Shown here one piece after another: positions 1-8,415 of a DNA stretch of 64,000 nt. This DNA comes from an uncultured delta proteobacterium (GTDB lineage Bacteria > Myxococcota_A > Polyangia > Polyangiales > JAFGIB01). The number at the start of each line of letters is the position of its first letter. The first letter of the stretch is position 1. The stretch spans positions 480,001 through 544,000 of the forward strand of contig CAVZVA010000003.1 in NCBI GenBank assembly GCA_963778655.1, given 5' to 3'. The translations under genes and the position numbers were made by a program. Below the pieces are notes generated by a model. It saw nothing but the letters and a program-made list of their open reading frames with translations, ran no database searches and had not been told where the DNA came from.

Positions 1-1250
1 GGAACCTCCTTCCAGCTGTCGCGCTCGGGGTCGTAGGTGATCACGTCCTCACACGAAAACCCGCTCAAGGTCAGCATGCCTTGTGCGTCGCTGGCCAGGG
101 CGTCGAGCAGGTAGCAGCGCAGCGGCGCTTGATGGATCTCCACGCCGGGCGGGCTCGCCCCCGGATCGACGCGCGCGAGCAAACCCTGGCGATCGATGAT
201 CCACAGCGCGCCCCACGGATCGAAGGTCGCGTCGAAGGGCGCGAGCCCCGGCGTGGGCACTTCCTGGATCACGCTCGCGCTCTGGCCGTCGAGCTCGACC
301 AGACGCTGCGCTGCCTGCAGCCCCACCCACACGTTGCCGCCCAGCGGAGCGTCGGGGGCGCGCGCGCCGTCGACCGCGAGCGAGCGCGCGAGCTCCGCGC
401 CGCCGCCTACCGGAACGGACATCAGCACGCACTCGTCGCTGCCCAGCGCGAGCACGTCGCTGGGCCCCTGCGAGGTCTGCAGACCGTCGCCGTCCGTATC
501 GAGGCAGCGATCGGCACCACCCGCGACCTTGGTCAGCATGGATTGGCCGTCGAGCGAGGGGCTGAGCACCCAGGCGTCGCCGTTGTGGTCGACCGCGATG
601 CGCTCGGGCGCGTCGCCCGCCACGCGGTAGCGCGCCAACTCGCGCGCGCTCTGCGCATCGACCTTGGACAGCGTGCCCTCGCCGGTGTTGGGCACCCACA
701 CCGTGCTCGACTCGATCGGGTGCAACGCCAGCGTCAGCAGGCCGCCCGGCGTGAGCGCGAGATCTCCGCTGGCCTCGAAGGGCGCTGCGGGCGGGCCCCA
801 GACCCCGCCCACGCAGCTCGCGTCGCAGCCGCCGCACGGGCTGAGCACACCCTCATCGACGACGCCGTCGCAGTCGTTGTCCTGACCGTCACAGTGCTCG
901 TATGCCGGCGTGACCTCGCCCTGGCAGGAGCCCCAGACGATGGTGGCGCAGCGCTGCCGTCCGGCGCGGCAGGCCCCGACGCCGATGGTGGCCTCATCGC
1001 CCGCGTAGCACTGCCGCGAGGCGCCGGCCAGGCACGGGCAGCCCTTGCCGAACGGCTGGGCCGCGCACTTGCGGCCGGCGGCCGAGCAGTCCTTGGCGAG
1101 CAAGGGGTCGTGGTCGTCGCAGTCGGGGCCCTGCGCACAGCCCTTACCGAAGCCGTCACCGTCTTGATCGTGGCACTGGGCCGCACACGCAGACAGCGCC
1201 AGCGGACAGACCAGCCCGAGCAGCAGAAGCAGTCGCGCGGCAGCCACCAC
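1..1250 (-). CDS. Secreted Cys-rich protein (probable lipoprotein) with MopE-like metal-binding repeats and a Vgb-like beta-propeller; 3' end runs off the window
   Basis: Not in the ORF track because it has no stop in the window. Translated by hand from GTG at 1250: VVAAARLLLLLGLVCPLALSACAAQCHDQDGDGFG..DCDDHDP..EHCDGQDNDCDGVVDEG..STVWVPNTGEGTLSKVD..PERIAVDHNGDAWV..GNVWVG..DPWGALWI. Open to position 1. Confidence 0.8.
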   Translation of the reverse strand, partial: MVAAARLLLLLGLVCPLALSACAAQCHDQDGDGFGKGCAQGPDCDDHDPLLAKDCSAAGRKCAAQPFGKGCPCLAGASRQCYAGDEATIGVGACRAGRQRCATIVWGSCQGEVTPAYEHCDGQDNDCDGVVDEGVLSPCGGCDASCVGGVWGPPAAPFEASGDLALTPGGLLTLALHPIESSTVWVPNTGEGTLSKVDAQSARELARYRVAGDAPERIAVDHNGDAWVLSPSLDGQSMLTKVAGGADRCLDTDGDGLQTSQGPSDVLALGSDECVLMSVPVGGGAELARSLAVDGARAPDAPLGGNVWVGLQAAQRLVELDGQSASVIQEVPTPGLAPFDATFDPWGALWIIDRQGLLARVDPGASPPGVEIHQAPLRCYLLDALASDAQGMLTLSGFSCEDVITYDPERDSWKEV

Positions 1251-1389
1251 CGGCAGCGTAGCATCCGCGCGACCGCGGCCCCGGCCGGCAGCGGCTTCCC
1301 AGCCGCGAGGAAGCCTGCTACCTGGCGCCTACAGGGCCCGCCGCTGCCGTCGAGGGGTCTCGGCGCCGTGCTCCCGTGTGATCCGATAG

Positions 1390-2490
1390 ATGGCAGGCGA
1401 CCTCACAGCGAGCGCGGGCTTTGCCCGCAACCCCCCGGCTGGCGCGCTCGTCACGGGCGCCACGGGCTTCGTCGGCGGCGCGCTGTGCCAGCGCCTGTCG
1501 GAGCTCGGCGTCACGCTCCATGCGCTGGTGCGCGCGGGCAGCCCGCGTCAGGAGCTCGAGAGCACGCGAGCGGTGCTGCACGAGGGCGACCTTGCCGACC
1601 CCAACACCATCGCCGATGCGGCCGAGGGTTGCGAGCTGCTGTTCCATTGCGCGAGCGAGAGCGCCCTGCACGCGCCGCCCGCGGCGTTGTCGTGGATCAA
1701 CGTCGCCGGCACCGAGAACGCGATCGCGGCCGCGCGTCATGCCGGCGTGCGCCGCGTGGTGCTGCTGTCCTGCGCGGACGTCTCGCTGCTCAACCGTGAT
1801 CGGTTGCACTGGAAGGAAGCGGCGGTGCTGGGTCAGGAGCCGCTCGGCGCGCTCGCGCGCAGCAAGCTGCTGGCCGAGGAGCTCGCGCTGCAAGCGAGCG
1901 ACGCCCGCCTGTGCGTGACCGCGCTGCGTCCCGCGTTCCTGTGGGGCCCTGCCGAGCGTCACAACCTGCCGGCGCTGTGCGCCGAGGGCCTAGGTGGAGG
2001 CGTGCGGCTGTTCGGCTCGGGCGACGCGTTGTTCGCCACTACACACGTCGACAACCTGGTCGAGGCGCTGCTCGCCGCCGCGCGCGCGCCCGAGGCCGGC
2101 GGACGCGCATTTCACGTGGCCGACGGCGAGGTGCTCACCGCGCGCGAGTTCTTCGCCAAGCTCAGCGAGGCGCTCGGGCTGCCACGACCGCGCCGCGGGC
2201 TCTACGCGTTTGCATATGCCGCGGCCTGGCTGCGGCGCGGCCTGCAGCGCGAAGGCGCGTGGCCCGAAGACGTGGCTCGTCGCGGGCGCGCATGCCTGCT
2301 CGATTGCCTGCAAGCGGTCCAGAGCTTCGACTACCAGCCGCGCGTGAGCATCGAGCAGGGCATGGCCGAGCTCGCGCGCTGGGGCCAAGCCGCAGGCGGC
2401 GCCGCTGCGATCGCCAGGCTCGCCCGCCCGCCCGCGGGCCACGAAGAAATCGCCCGCCACCAGCGTCTCGCCGGCCATGAGCCGCACTAG
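1390..2490 (+). CDS. NAD-dependent epimerase/dehydratase (extended SDR, 3-beta-HSD-like)
   Basis: LVTGATGFVGG Rossmann motif, INVAGT, LRPAFLWGP, THVDNLVEA. Confidence 0.9.
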   Translation: MAGDLTASAGFARNPPAGALVTGATGFVGGALCQRLSELGVTLHALVRAGSPRQELESTRAVLHEGDLADPNTIADAAEGCELLFHCASESALHAPPAALSWINVAGTENAIAAARHAGVRRVVLLSCADVSLLNRDRLHWKEAAVLGQEPLGALARSKLLAEELALQASDARLCVTALRPAFLWGPAERHNLPALCAEGLGGGVRLFGSGDALFATTHVDNLVEALLAAARAPEAGGRAFHVADGEVLTAREFFAKLSEALGLPRPRRGLYAFAYAAAWLRRGLQREGAWPEDVARRGRACLLDCLQAVQSFDYQPRVSIEQGMAELARWGQAAGGAAAIARLARPPAGHEEIARHQRLAGHEPH

Positions 2491-2625
2491 CTTCTTCTCA
2501 TACCGGGGGCGCCACACCGGCAAAGCTCGCCGGGGCCCACCACCCGAGGCCGCTTCGCGGCTCCCGCTCTCGACGGAACGAGCTTCTGCGCTGTGGAGCT
2601 GGTCCCGCCCCGCCTTTTCGCAGCG

Positions 2626-2653
2626 TTGACAGGGCAAGGCCCTCTGATAAGTT
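2626..2653 (+). promoter_or_regulatory. sigma70-type promoter for the tRNA-Ser/tRNA-Ser/SRP unit
   Basis: TTGACA (2626-2631), 16 nt, TAAGTT (2648-2653), then a GC-rich discriminator and the tRNA at 2661. Confidence 0.7.
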
Positions 2654-2660
2654 TCGCCGC

Positions 2661-2747
2661 GGAGAGCTGACCGAGTGGCCGAAGGTGCTTGATTCGAAAT
2701 CAAGTGTGTCCGCAAGGGCACCGTGGGTTCGAATCCCACGCTCTCCG
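2661..2747 (+). tRNA. tRNA-Ser (anticodon CGA)
   Basis: GGAGAGC/GCTCTCC acceptor stem, anticodon arm CTTGA-TTCGAAA-TCAAG, long variable arm, GTTCGAATC T-loop. Confidence 0.97.
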
Positions 2748-2817
2748 CTACTTGGATCGCCTGTCGTCGTGCAAGCCGGTGGAATGGATGGACGGAGAGC
2801 GGTTCATGTGTGCTGAG

Positions 2818-2904
2818 GGAGAGATGACCGAGTGGTTGAAGGTGCACGACTGGAAATCGTGTGTGCCTGAAAGGGTACCGCGGGTTCGAATCCCGCTCTC
2901 TCCG
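2818..2904 (+). tRNA. tRNA-Ser (anticodon GGA)
   Basis: GGAGAGA/TCTCTCC acceptor stem, anticodon arm CACGA-CTGGAAA-TCGTG, long variable arm, T-loop. Confidence 0.97.
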
Positions 2905-2934
2905 CCGGTCGTCGACGGTTTTCAACCGGATTAT

Positions 2935-3014
2935 GGCCTCGCCAACGCTGGCCCGTGAACTCCGCCAGGCCCGGAAGGGAGCAACGGTGACGGTGATCAG
3001 CGTGTGGCGAGGCC
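2935..3014 (+). ncRNA. ffs: Small bacterial SRP RNA (4.5S)
   Basis: Domain IV motif CCAGGCCC-GGAA-GGGAGCAACGG enclosed by the terminal stem GGCCTCGCCA/TGGCGAGGCC; ends approximate. Confidence 0.92.
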
Positions 3015-3055
3015 TTTCTTGACGGCCTCGGCGAGCCGCGCATGGCCGCCGCCGC

Positions 3056-3535
3056 TCACGCGTCGCGGCGCTGCGCGCGGATGCGTTCGAAGAACGCGCT
3101 GAGCTGCTGCGTGCACTCGGCGCCGAGCACGCCGGGGCACAGCTCGAAGCGGTGGTTGAGGCGCGAGTCCTGGCCGATTGCGAACAGCGTGCGCGCAGCG
3201 CCGGCCTTGGGATCGTCGCAACCGTAGACCACGCGCGGCACGCGCGCGTTGACCAGCGCGCCCGCGCACATCGCGCACGGCTCCAGCGTCACGTAGCAGG
3301 TGACGCCGAGCAGCCGCCAGCTGCGCAGCCGCACCGCCGCCGCGCGCAACGCCACCATCTCGGCGTGGGCGGTCGGGTCCTGCGCGCGTTCGCGCAGATT
3401 GTGGGCGCGCGCGATCACGCGCCCGCCGCGCACCAGCACGCAACCCACCGGCACGTCGCCCGCGCGCGCGGCGAGCTCCGCCTCGGCGATCGCCTCGGCC
3501 ATGAACCGCTCGTCGTCCGTCATCGCGCCCGCCAC
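3056..3535 (-). CDS. tadA: tRNA adenosine(34) deaminase
   Basis: DVPVGCV, DPTAHAE, TLEPCAMCAGA, DPKAGA, LNHRF, FF..R; start may be 3523 (MTDDERFM). Confidence 0.95.
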   Translation of the reverse strand: MAGAMTDDERFMAEAIAEAELAARAGDVPVGCVLVRGGRVIARAHNLRERAQDPTAHAEMVALRAAAVRLRSWRLLGVTCYVTLEPCAMCAGALVNARVPRVVYGCDDPKAGAARTLFAIGQDSRLNHRFELCPGVLGAECTQQLSAFFERIRAQRRDA

Positions 3536-3610
3536 CCCGGGCTGCTGATCGCGCGGGCCGCGCGCCTGCGCCCAAGCTCGAGTGCCTCGTGACTCCCGCG
3601 GTCGGGAGAG

Positions 3611-3684
3611 CGCGGCCGGCAGGATTCGAACCTGCGACCCTCGGTTCCGTAGACCGATGCTCTATCCAGCTGAGCTACGGCCGC
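3611..3684 (-). tRNA. tRNA-Arg (anticodon ACG)
   Basis: Reverse complement GCGGCCGTAGCTCAGCTGGATAGAGCA-TCGGT-CTACGGA-ACCGA-GGGTCGCAGGTTCGAATCCTGCCGGCCGCG. Confidence 0.97.
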
Positions 3685-3697
3685 AACGAGGCGCCGC

Positions 3698-3725
3698 ATA
3701 GTAGCCCGGCCGGCCGGGCTGTCAA
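3698..3725 (-). promoter_or_regulatory. sigma70-type promoter for tRNA-Arg(ACG) and probably tadA
   Basis: Minus strand TTGACA, 16 nt, TACTAT, GC-rich discriminator; the spacer is a perfect palindrome. Confidence 0.75.
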
Positions 3726-3911
3726 ATGCGGTCGCAACCACCCGAGCGCGTCGCTGCAGAGGCTCGTGAAGGCCAACGCAACGCACACCTGGCTGATCGC
3801 ACGCGTCGCCGCCGGACCACGCGCGCGCGCCGGCGCGATCGCAGCGGCGCGCGCGATCGCGGCTGGCCCGCGGCGCGCGTGCGGGCGACGCCGCGCGCGC
3901 GCGCAGACTTC

Positions 3912-4003
<92 letters not shown>

Positions 4004-4056
4004 AACAGCTCGAGATTTCAAGGAAGACGGCCCTTTGGGCCGGACGAAAGCGGAGT

Positions 4057-4084
4057 TATGTATCGAAGGGTCGAACACTGTCAA
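4057..4084 (-). promoter_or_regulatory. Probable sigma70 promoter for tRNA-Ser(GCT)
   Basis: Minus strand TTGACA (4084-4079), 16 nt, TACATA; the -10 element is imperfect. Confidence 0.45.
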
Positions 4085-4141
4085 ACGGCGCGCCCGGGTG
4101 AAGAGCGCGCAGGGCCGGTTCGGCCCGAGGAATCGATCGCC

Positions 4142-4849
4142 ATGCCGAGCTCGTCCCCGACTGTCCCGGCCGTTTCTCGCACCCGTACCGCCCCCGAGGG
4201 TTCGCGCGGCCTGGCCGGCTGGGTGCTGTGCTGCGCAGCGCTGAGCTGGTCGGCGCCGGCGCTGGCCTGCGACTGCGCAGCGCTCGCGCCGGCCCAGGCC
4301 TACCGCCGCGCCGACGCGGTGTTCGAGGGCCGGGTGCTCGCGATCGAGCCGGCAAAGGCGGGCGCGCCGAAGGCCGGCGCCGCCCCGCACGTGGCGCAGC
4401 TCGCGGTGGTGCGCGCGTGGAAGGGCGTGCAGCGAGAGCAGGTCGAGCTGCTGCTCCCGCACGCCGGCGCCAAGTGCGACACCGACCTCGCGCCGCAGAC
4501 CAGCTATCTGGTGTATGCGACCGAGCACGACGGCGGGCTGGAGCTGCAGCCGTGCAGCGGCACGCGCCCGATCGCGCAGGCCGATGCGGACCTGCGCGCG
4601 CTGGGCATGGGCGTCACGCCCTTCGAGCCCGGGCGGGGCCAGCCCGATGCCGGCGCCGCGAGCGCGCCGCCGCAGCCCCCGGCCCGCGGCGGCTGCGCGA
4701 GCTGCGCGGTGGGCGGCGGCGCCACCAGCGGCGGTGCCGGCGGGGGGCGGCTGCTGCTGGCACTGGCCGCCCTGTGCACGCTCGGCGCGAGCCGCGCAAC
4801 CAAACGCGGGCGCAGGCTCAAGCGCCGAAGATCTCGATCGCGCTCTTGA
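4142..4849 (+). CDS. Secreted TIMP/NTR-like domain protein with MYXO-CTERM-like C-terminal anchor
   Basis: Signal peptide ending ALA-CDC, then AYRRADAVFEGRV, V.RAWKG, C...SYLVYA..L.PCSGT; C-terminal GGCASCAVG, hydrophobic helix, Arg-rich tail. Confidence 0.75.
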   Translation: MPSSSPTVPAVSRTRTAPEGSRGLAGWVLCCAALSWSAPALACDCAALAPAQAYRRADAVFEGRVLAIEPAKAGAPKAGAAPHVAQLAVVRAWKGVQREQVELLLPHAGAKCDTDLAPQTSYLVYATEHDGGLELQPCSGTRPIAQADADLRALGMGVTPFEPGRGQPDAGAASAPPQPPARGGCASCAVGGGATSGGAGGGRLLLALAALCTLGASRATKRGRRLKRRRSRSRS

Positions 4850-5747
4850 GCAGCGCGACGCCGTCAGCGCGCGGACGCTGAAACGAGTTGCGTCCCATGA
4901 TCGTGCCGAAGCCGCCGCCCTTGTGGATCTGGCGCAGCTCTTCGAGCACCGCCGCGGTGTCCTTGGCCGGACCGCCCGAGAAGATCACGATGCGTTTGCC
5001 ATTGAAGCAGGCCTGCACCACGTGGCGGATGCGATCGGCCAGCGTGTCCTTGGGCACCTTCTCGTAGTACTTGCGCGCTTCACTCTGCTCGATGTGCGCG
5101 CTGGGCGGCTTGACCTTGACGATGTGCGCGCCGAGCTGGCAGGCGATGTGCGCGGCATAGGCCACCACGTCGAGCGCGGTCTCGCCCTCCTTGCTCAGCT
5201 TACCGCCACGCGGATAGGACCAGATCACGGTCGGCAGCCCGACCTCGCGTGCCTCGGCGATCAGCTCGCGGATCTCGTCGTACATCTCGTTGCGATAGCT
5301 GGAGCCCGGGTAGATCGTGAATCCGATGGCCGTGCAGCCCAGACGCAGCGCATCGCCGACGTCGCCGGTGAGCGCGGAGTGCGGTTGATCCGGGCCCCCC
5401 AGCGAATCGCTGCTGTTGAGCTTGAGGATCAGCGGCAGCTTGCCTGCGTAGTCGCGCGCGATGCTCTCGATGAAACCGGGCGGCGCCGCGTAGGCGTTGC
5501 AGCCGGCCTCGACCGCCATGCTCGGGAAGTAGCTCGGGTCGTAGCCCGCCGGGTTGGGCGCGAAGCTGCGCGCCGGGCCGTGCTCGAAGCCCTGATCGAC
5601 GGGCAGGATGACCAGCTTGCCGCTGCCGGCGAGCGCGCCGCTGTAGAGCAGCCGCCGCAGATTGGCGATCACGCCAGGCGGGTCGGCGGAGTAGTTACGA
5701 AGGACCTGCTCGGCCGGAGAATCGGAGGTCGAAGAGTGCGTAGTCAT
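4818..5747 (-). CDS. fbaB: Class I fructose-bisphosphate aldolase (DhnA/FbaB type)
   Basis: ILPVDQGFEHGPARSFAPN, WSYPRG, AHIVKVK (Schiff-base Lys), FSGG, IMGRNSFQR. Confidence 0.93.
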   Translation of the reverse strand: MTTHSSTSDSPAEQVLRNYSADPPGVIANLRRLLYSGALAGSGKLVILPVDQGFEHGPARSFAPNPAGYDPSYFPSMAVEAGCNAYAAPPGFIESIARDYAGKLPLILKLNSSDSLGGPDQPHSALTGDVGDALRLGCTAIGFTIYPGSSYRNEMYDEIRELIAEAREVGLPTVIWSYPRGGKLSKEGETALDVVAYAAHIACQLGAHIVKVKPPSAHIEQSEARKYYEKVPKDTLADRIRHVVQACFNGKRIVIFSGGPAKDTAAVLEELRQIHKGGGFGTIMGRNSFQRPRADGVALLKSAIEIFGA

Positions 5748-5886
5748 CGCCGGGTTGCTCCCCAGAGCAACCGGCTTCCAGTGTCATTTCAGCCGGTTGC
5801 CAAACACGTCAAAGCCACTGCAGCGCTATGTAGCACAGCTGGCCGGCGGGCGACACGCTTCTTCGGCCGCTGCCGGACGCGCGCGC

Positions 5887-7188
5887 TCACTCCGGGCTGG
5901 GTCGGCGCCGACGTGCAGCCCCGCCTTCGTGCGCCTCGGGCTCGTACAGCCAAGCGGGAATCGTGCGAGATTCGGCTCGCAGGCGCAGCTCGCACAGCGC
6001 GGCGGCGTCCGGAAACAGCTCGCGCCGGCGCAGGTTGCCGATCTGCCCCCGCTCCAGGCGGCGCTGCGCCGCCAGCACCAGGCGCATGCGGTCTCGCATC
6101 CGGCGCGGCAGCGGCACGCGCCCCACCATCTCGCCGAAGAACTCGTCGAACGCCGCCGCCGGATCGCGCACACCCACCATCGCCTCGTGCAGCGGTCCGG
6201 AGAGCAACGCCGCGATCAGCACGGTGTCGCTGGGCAGGCGCCCGTCGGCGTGCAGCGCGTCGACCGCGAGCAGCCGATCCCACAGCCGCTCGGCGTCCTC
6301 GGCCTGGTCCTCGATGTGGGCGGTCAGCTCCGGCAGGACCACGCCGAGCGCGCCCACGTCCCAGGCCAGGCTGATCGAGCGCTCCGCGGCGCCGCCGCGC
6401 AGCAGGCGCAGGATCTCCTCGAGCACGCGGGGCGGGGCGCTGCGCGACAGCTCGTCTCGCAGATCGACCATGGCGTCGTAGACCTCGGGGGCGATGCCCA
6501 GGTCCAGGCGCGCGCTGAATTTGATCGCGCGCAAGATGCGGATCGGATCCTCGCGAAAGCGCACGTCGGGCTCGCCGATGGTCCGCACCACGCGCTCTCG
6601 CAGATCGCGCACCCCGCCGATGTAATCGATGACCTCTTCCCGCTCGATGTCGTAGAACAGCCCGTTGATGGTGAAGTCTCGGCGAATCGCGTCCTCGTGG
6701 GGCAGGCCGAACACGTTGTCCTGGCGGATCAACAGATCGGCGTCGTCCCCGCGTTCCTTGGGCGCGGGCCACAGCGACGGGGGCTCCCCCTCCTCCTCGA
6801 AGGTCACCGGCGCCTCGCCGGGCTGCTGGCTCGGATCGCGCCGAAAGGTGGCGACCTCGATGATCTTGCCGCCGCCGAACAGAATGTGGGCCAGCCGAAA
6901 GCGTCGGCCGATGATGCGGCAATTGCGAAACAGCCGCCGCACCTCGTTGGGTCGGGCGCTGGTGGCGATGTCGAAGTCCTTGGGCGAGCGACCCAGCAGC
7001 AGGTCTCGGACCCCGCCCCCCACCAGGTACGCGGTATGCCCGTGACGGGTCAGGCGTTTGAGCACCTTGACCGCGTCGAGGTCGACGCGCTCGGGAGCGA
7101 TCAGGTCGGGGTAGACGGCCGGCGCTGGAGCGCCGGGCTCGCCCTTGCGGGGCGCCACCTGGGGCGCTTGTGGCTCAGGAGATTTCAT
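5887..7188 (-). CDS. pcnB: Poly(A) polymerase I
   Basis: AYLVGGGVRDLLLG, PKDFDIAT, PAP-specific IIGRRFRLAHILF, RRDFTINGL, EDPIRILRA; start taken at MKSPEP inside the longer ORF. Confidence 0.93.
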   Translation of the reverse strand: MKSPEPQAPQVAPRKGEPGAPAPAVYPDLIAPERVDLDAVKVLKRLTRHGHTAYLVGGGVRDLLLGRSPKDFDIATSARPNEVRRLFRNCRIIGRRFRLAHILFGGGKIIEVATFRRDPSQQPGEAPVTFEEEGEPPSLWPAPKERGDDADLLIRQDNVFGLPHEDAIRRDFTINGLFYDIEREEVIDYIGGVRDLRERVVRTIGEPDVRFREDPIRILRAIKFSARLDLGIAPEVYDAMVDLRDELSRSAPPRVLEEILRLLRGGAAERSISLAWDVGALGVVLPELTAHIEDQAEDAERLWDRLLAVDALHADGRLPSDTVLIAALLSGPLHEAMVGVRDPAAAFDEFFGEMVGRVPLPRRMRDRMRLVLAAQRRLERGQIGNLRRRELFPDAAALCELRLRAESRTIPAWLYEPEAHEGGAARRRRPSPE

Positions 7189-7314
7189 CGTTGGACCGCC
7201 CGCAGATGCGCCAGCGGGCGTAAGGCGAGGACGCGAAGAGATGCCAGGAAATGTATGCTCGGAGCCGCCGGCTGCCCAGGAGGGCCGGACCGGGGCTCCG
7301 GACGGACCTAGGCT

Positions 7315-8415
7315 ATGATAGCTGATTCTCTTCGCAAGCTGGCAGGACAAGCGCTGATCGCGGGCTTTCCGGGGCCGGAACCGCCTCCGGAGCTGCTGGC
7401 CGCCGCGTCGCGCGGTGAGCTGGGCGGATTCATCCTGTTCCGGCGCAACCTCGGTCCGCCGGGCGCCGTGGCCGCGCTGAACGCACAGCTCGCGGCCAGC
7501 TTCCCGGCCTCGCTGCCGCCGTGGATCGCGGTCGACCAGGAGGGCGGACGGGTGCAGCGGCTGGGGCCGCCGGTGCTGCAGTTGCCGCCCATGCGCGCGC
7601 TGGGGGCGCTGGACGACGTCGCGCTGACGCAGGAGGCGGCGCTGATCTTGGGCCAGCAGCTGGCGGCGCTCGGCTTCAACCTCGACTTCGCGCCGGTGCT
7701 GGACGTCGACAGCAATCCCGACAACCCCATCATCGGCGATCGCAGCTTCGGCGCCGAGCCCGAGCGCGTGGCCCGCCACGGCGCCGCGTTTGCCGCCGGG
7801 CTCGAGCAGGCGGGGATCGCGTCGTGTGGCAAGCACTTTCCGGGGCACGGAGACGCCGCCGTCGACAGCCACCTGGCACTGCCGCGCTGCAGTCACGGGC
7901 TGGAGCGGCTGCTGCAAGTCGAGCTGCGGCCGTTCGCGCTCGCGCACGCGGCATTGAGCGCGGTGATGACCGCCCACATCGTGTTCGATGCGCTCGATCC
8001 GGAGCGGCCGGCCACGCTCTCGCGCGCTGCGCTGCAACTGCTGCGGGAGCGCATCGGCTTTGCCGGGGTGAGCTTCAGCGACGACATGCTGATGAAGGCG
8101 ATCGCCGACCACCACGACATCGGGGAAGCGAGCTGCGAGGCGGTGGCCGCCGGCTGCGACGTGGTGCTGATCTGCGATCAACCGGAGACCTGCCTGGCCG
8201 CGCACGCCGCGCTGGTGCGGCGCGCCGAGCGCTCGCCGGAGCTGGCCGCGCGGCTGCGCGAGGCGGCGGAGCGCTCGCTCCGCGCGAGGCAGCGACACGC
8301 GACGCGCGCGCTGCAGCCGCAGGCCGTGCTCGCGCGCTTGCAGGCGCTCGGCGCCAGCGCGCTCGAGGCGCGGATCGCGGAGGCCTTGAAGGCAGATGCG
8401 GGCGCGCTCGGCTAG
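7315..8415 (+). CDS. nagZ: Beta-N-acetylhexosaminidase (GH3)
   Basis: GGFILFRRN, VDQEGGRVQR, FAPVLD, IGDRSF, KHFPGHG..DSH, FSDDM. Confidence 0.92.
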   Translation: MIADSLRKLAGQALIAGFPGPEPPPELLAAASRGELGGFILFRRNLGPPGAVAALNAQLAASFPASLPPWIAVDQEGGRVQRLGPPVLQLPPMRALGALDDVALTQEAALILGQQLAALGFNLDFAPVLDVDSNPDNPIIGDRSFGAEPERVARHGAAFAAGLEQAGIASCGKHFPGHGDAAVDSHLALPRCSHGLERLLQVELRPFALAHAALSAVMTAHIVFDALDPERPATLSRAALQLLRERIGFAGVSFSDDMLMKAIADHHDIGEASCEAVAAGCDVVLICDQPETCLAAHAALVRRAERSPELAARLREAAERSLRARQRHATRALQPQAVLARLQALGASALEARIAEALKADAGALG

